DNA of 36,103 nt from Octopus bimaculoides. Taxonomy: Eukaryota. Under the pieces are notes generated by a model. That model saw only the letters and a list, made by a program, of their open reading frames with translations. It ran no database searches and was not told the DNA's origin. This document shows, piece after piece, positions 34,464-36,103 of the stretch. Made by a program: the position numbers and the translations under genes. The stretch spans positions 2,550,181 to 2,586,283 of the forward strand of contig NC_068990.1 in the NCBI RefSeq assembly GCF_001194135.2. The letters are read 5' to 3'. Position 1 is the stretch's first letter. Each line of letters starts with the position of its first letter.

Positions 34464-34940
34464 TACACGGCATAATGGAAACATGTAGCATAATGCCATC
34501 ATAATTTTGGAATATCTATAAAACCGTCATAAGCTTGCTTATTTTTGTTTTTTGATTTATTATTAGTGTTGCTAAAATTCATTAAAATGACAGATCTATC
34601 GGACTTTCAAAGAGGTCAAATTGTTGGTGCTCGAACGGCTGGCACTAGCGTAACGAAAACAGCCGAACTCTTGGGTGTATCACGCAGTTATATCTCGAAA
34701 GTAATGATAGCCTTTGAGAAAGAGGGAAACATCTCGTCGAAACAAAAACTCAGTAAGAAAATCAAAACTTTCAGATAGGAACCGTCGGACTCTGAATTGT
34801 TAGAAGGACCACAAAAATACAGCTCCCAAAATTATTGCAGAGCTTAATGCCCACTTCGAGAACTGTTCGCTGTGAGCTGCACAAAGTTGGATTTCACAGG
34901 AGGGCTACAATCAGAAAACCACTACTTTCAAAAACAAACG
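34464..34940 (+). mobile_element. 5' fragment of the same Tc1 family as 30129-31389
   Basis: MTDLSDFQRGQIVGARTAGTSVTKTAELLGVSRSYISKVMIAFEKEG. Aligns to 30145-30680 with several deletions and ends at a TG microsatellite. Confidence 0.93.
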
Positions 34941-35863
34941 TGTGAATGTGTGTGTGTCGGTATGTATATGCATGTTTTTTTCTGCCTGTGACATACTATA
35001 TCGAACGATATCTTTTTGGTATCCTTTGTTTTCTCTTTCTTCTCATCTTTTTTTCAATATTATAAAGGAAAATGTGAGTATGTACCGAAACGTTAATTTC
35101 TCTTCTTTTTCTTTTACATGTACTGAGATTCATTGTACAATTCTTTGATTCTTTTCAATTTATATGCCTATGTCTTTCTGGCAAGAGATTTTACTTGTTT
35201 AACTCCACGTAGTATTTTTAATCCTTTCCTAAATATTTATTTTCTCTTTACTTCATTGTGTGAATTTTAGTTATATATGCTTGTAGAGGTGTGCAGATAT
35301 GTGTGCATGTCTGTATGTATATGAATATATATGCAATCAAGAGGATGAGGTGGCTATGCGCACTCCAAGTTCAACCTGTTAAATAACAATGCAGTTTCCA
35401 AGCAGATTCGTTTCATTTCTATCGCGGATGTCCATAATATATTTATTGCCATATTCTTAAATATGATATGGAAGAGCTCTATACTTACTTTCACAATCCA
35501 CTACAGAAATATTATCAATTTTGGATAACGGCACAAGAAAAAATGCAGACAGATGCAGCACTTAAAGTATACTTAAACATTCAAAGAAATTCACGTCGAT
35601 AGTAAATATTCACGTGTATATATAAAATGTCATAAACCTTTCTTGCCCAGCTTTTAATCAATAACATTATGATAATTACAAAAATGTTAACTCAATGGAG
35701 TGTTTAGATGTTGCCCGACTAATTCTTGGATTCCATACACACACACACATACGCATACACACTCATGTATATATACTTTTAAATGCTTACACTCACGGGC
35801 ACAGACAGTCACACGCTCAGATGCACAACATATATAACATATACATCATATGCATATATAAAG

Positions 35864-36090
35864 GACTCCCTTCAGTCATGTATGACCATGGGTTTGCACC
35901 TAGAAAGTTCCCCTCCGAGGCACATGTCCGAGCAAGCTTGTTCATGGAAGACCAACAGTCGCCCATGCATATCAGCCGTCCCTCTCCATGCCACCAGCAT
36001 TATCCGAAGGAAATCAAAAGTCAATACAGCTTGGCACTAGCGACGATGCATCTCATTTCTACAACTCAGTGAACTGGAGCAACATGAAAT
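35864..36090 (-). mobile_element. SINE-like interspersed repeat (third family)
   Basis: GC-richer segment ..GACCATGGGTTTGCACCTAGAAAG..CTCATTTCTACAACTCAGTGAACTGGAGCAAC matching an abundant octopus repeat recalled from memory. Confidence 0.65.
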
Positions 36091-36103
36091 GCATATATAT
36101 ATA

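Overview
AT-rich eukaryotic draft-assembly window with eight N-gaps, most bordered by microsatellites. It consists largely of transposon relics and simple repeats. The SINE, mariner, Tc1 and microsatellite repertoire resembles octopus (cephalopod) genomes; this is inferred from remembered repeat consensus sequences, not from a search. I cannot identify an intact protein-coding gene: all ORF-track entries of 130 aa or more span N-gaps, and the other long ORFs are microsatellite read-through, transposon relics or unassigned. Well supported: a near full-length DD34D mariner (28535-29817), a full-length Tc1 with TIRs and TA TSDs (30129-31389), several partial mariner/Tc1/DD37D copies, a TA-flanked MITE containing a 76-bp-arm hairpin, the 3' end of an R4/Dong-like LINE, two decayed hAT (Buster/Charlie-type) transposases, many SINEs, and an intron-containing tRNA-Ile(UAU)-like pseudogene. 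Points worth follow-up: a splice acceptor 31-64 nt upstream of the start codon in four different Tc1/mariner families; an inward-facing mariner pair enclosing a 1.37-kb unit; a cluster of retroelements anchored on ATT arrays; a Penelope-like end with a decayed hammerhead-like motif; CAG|GT ratchet-point-like motifs; and a GC-rich promoter/first-exon-like island. None of these is demonstrated to be a new system from sequence alone.
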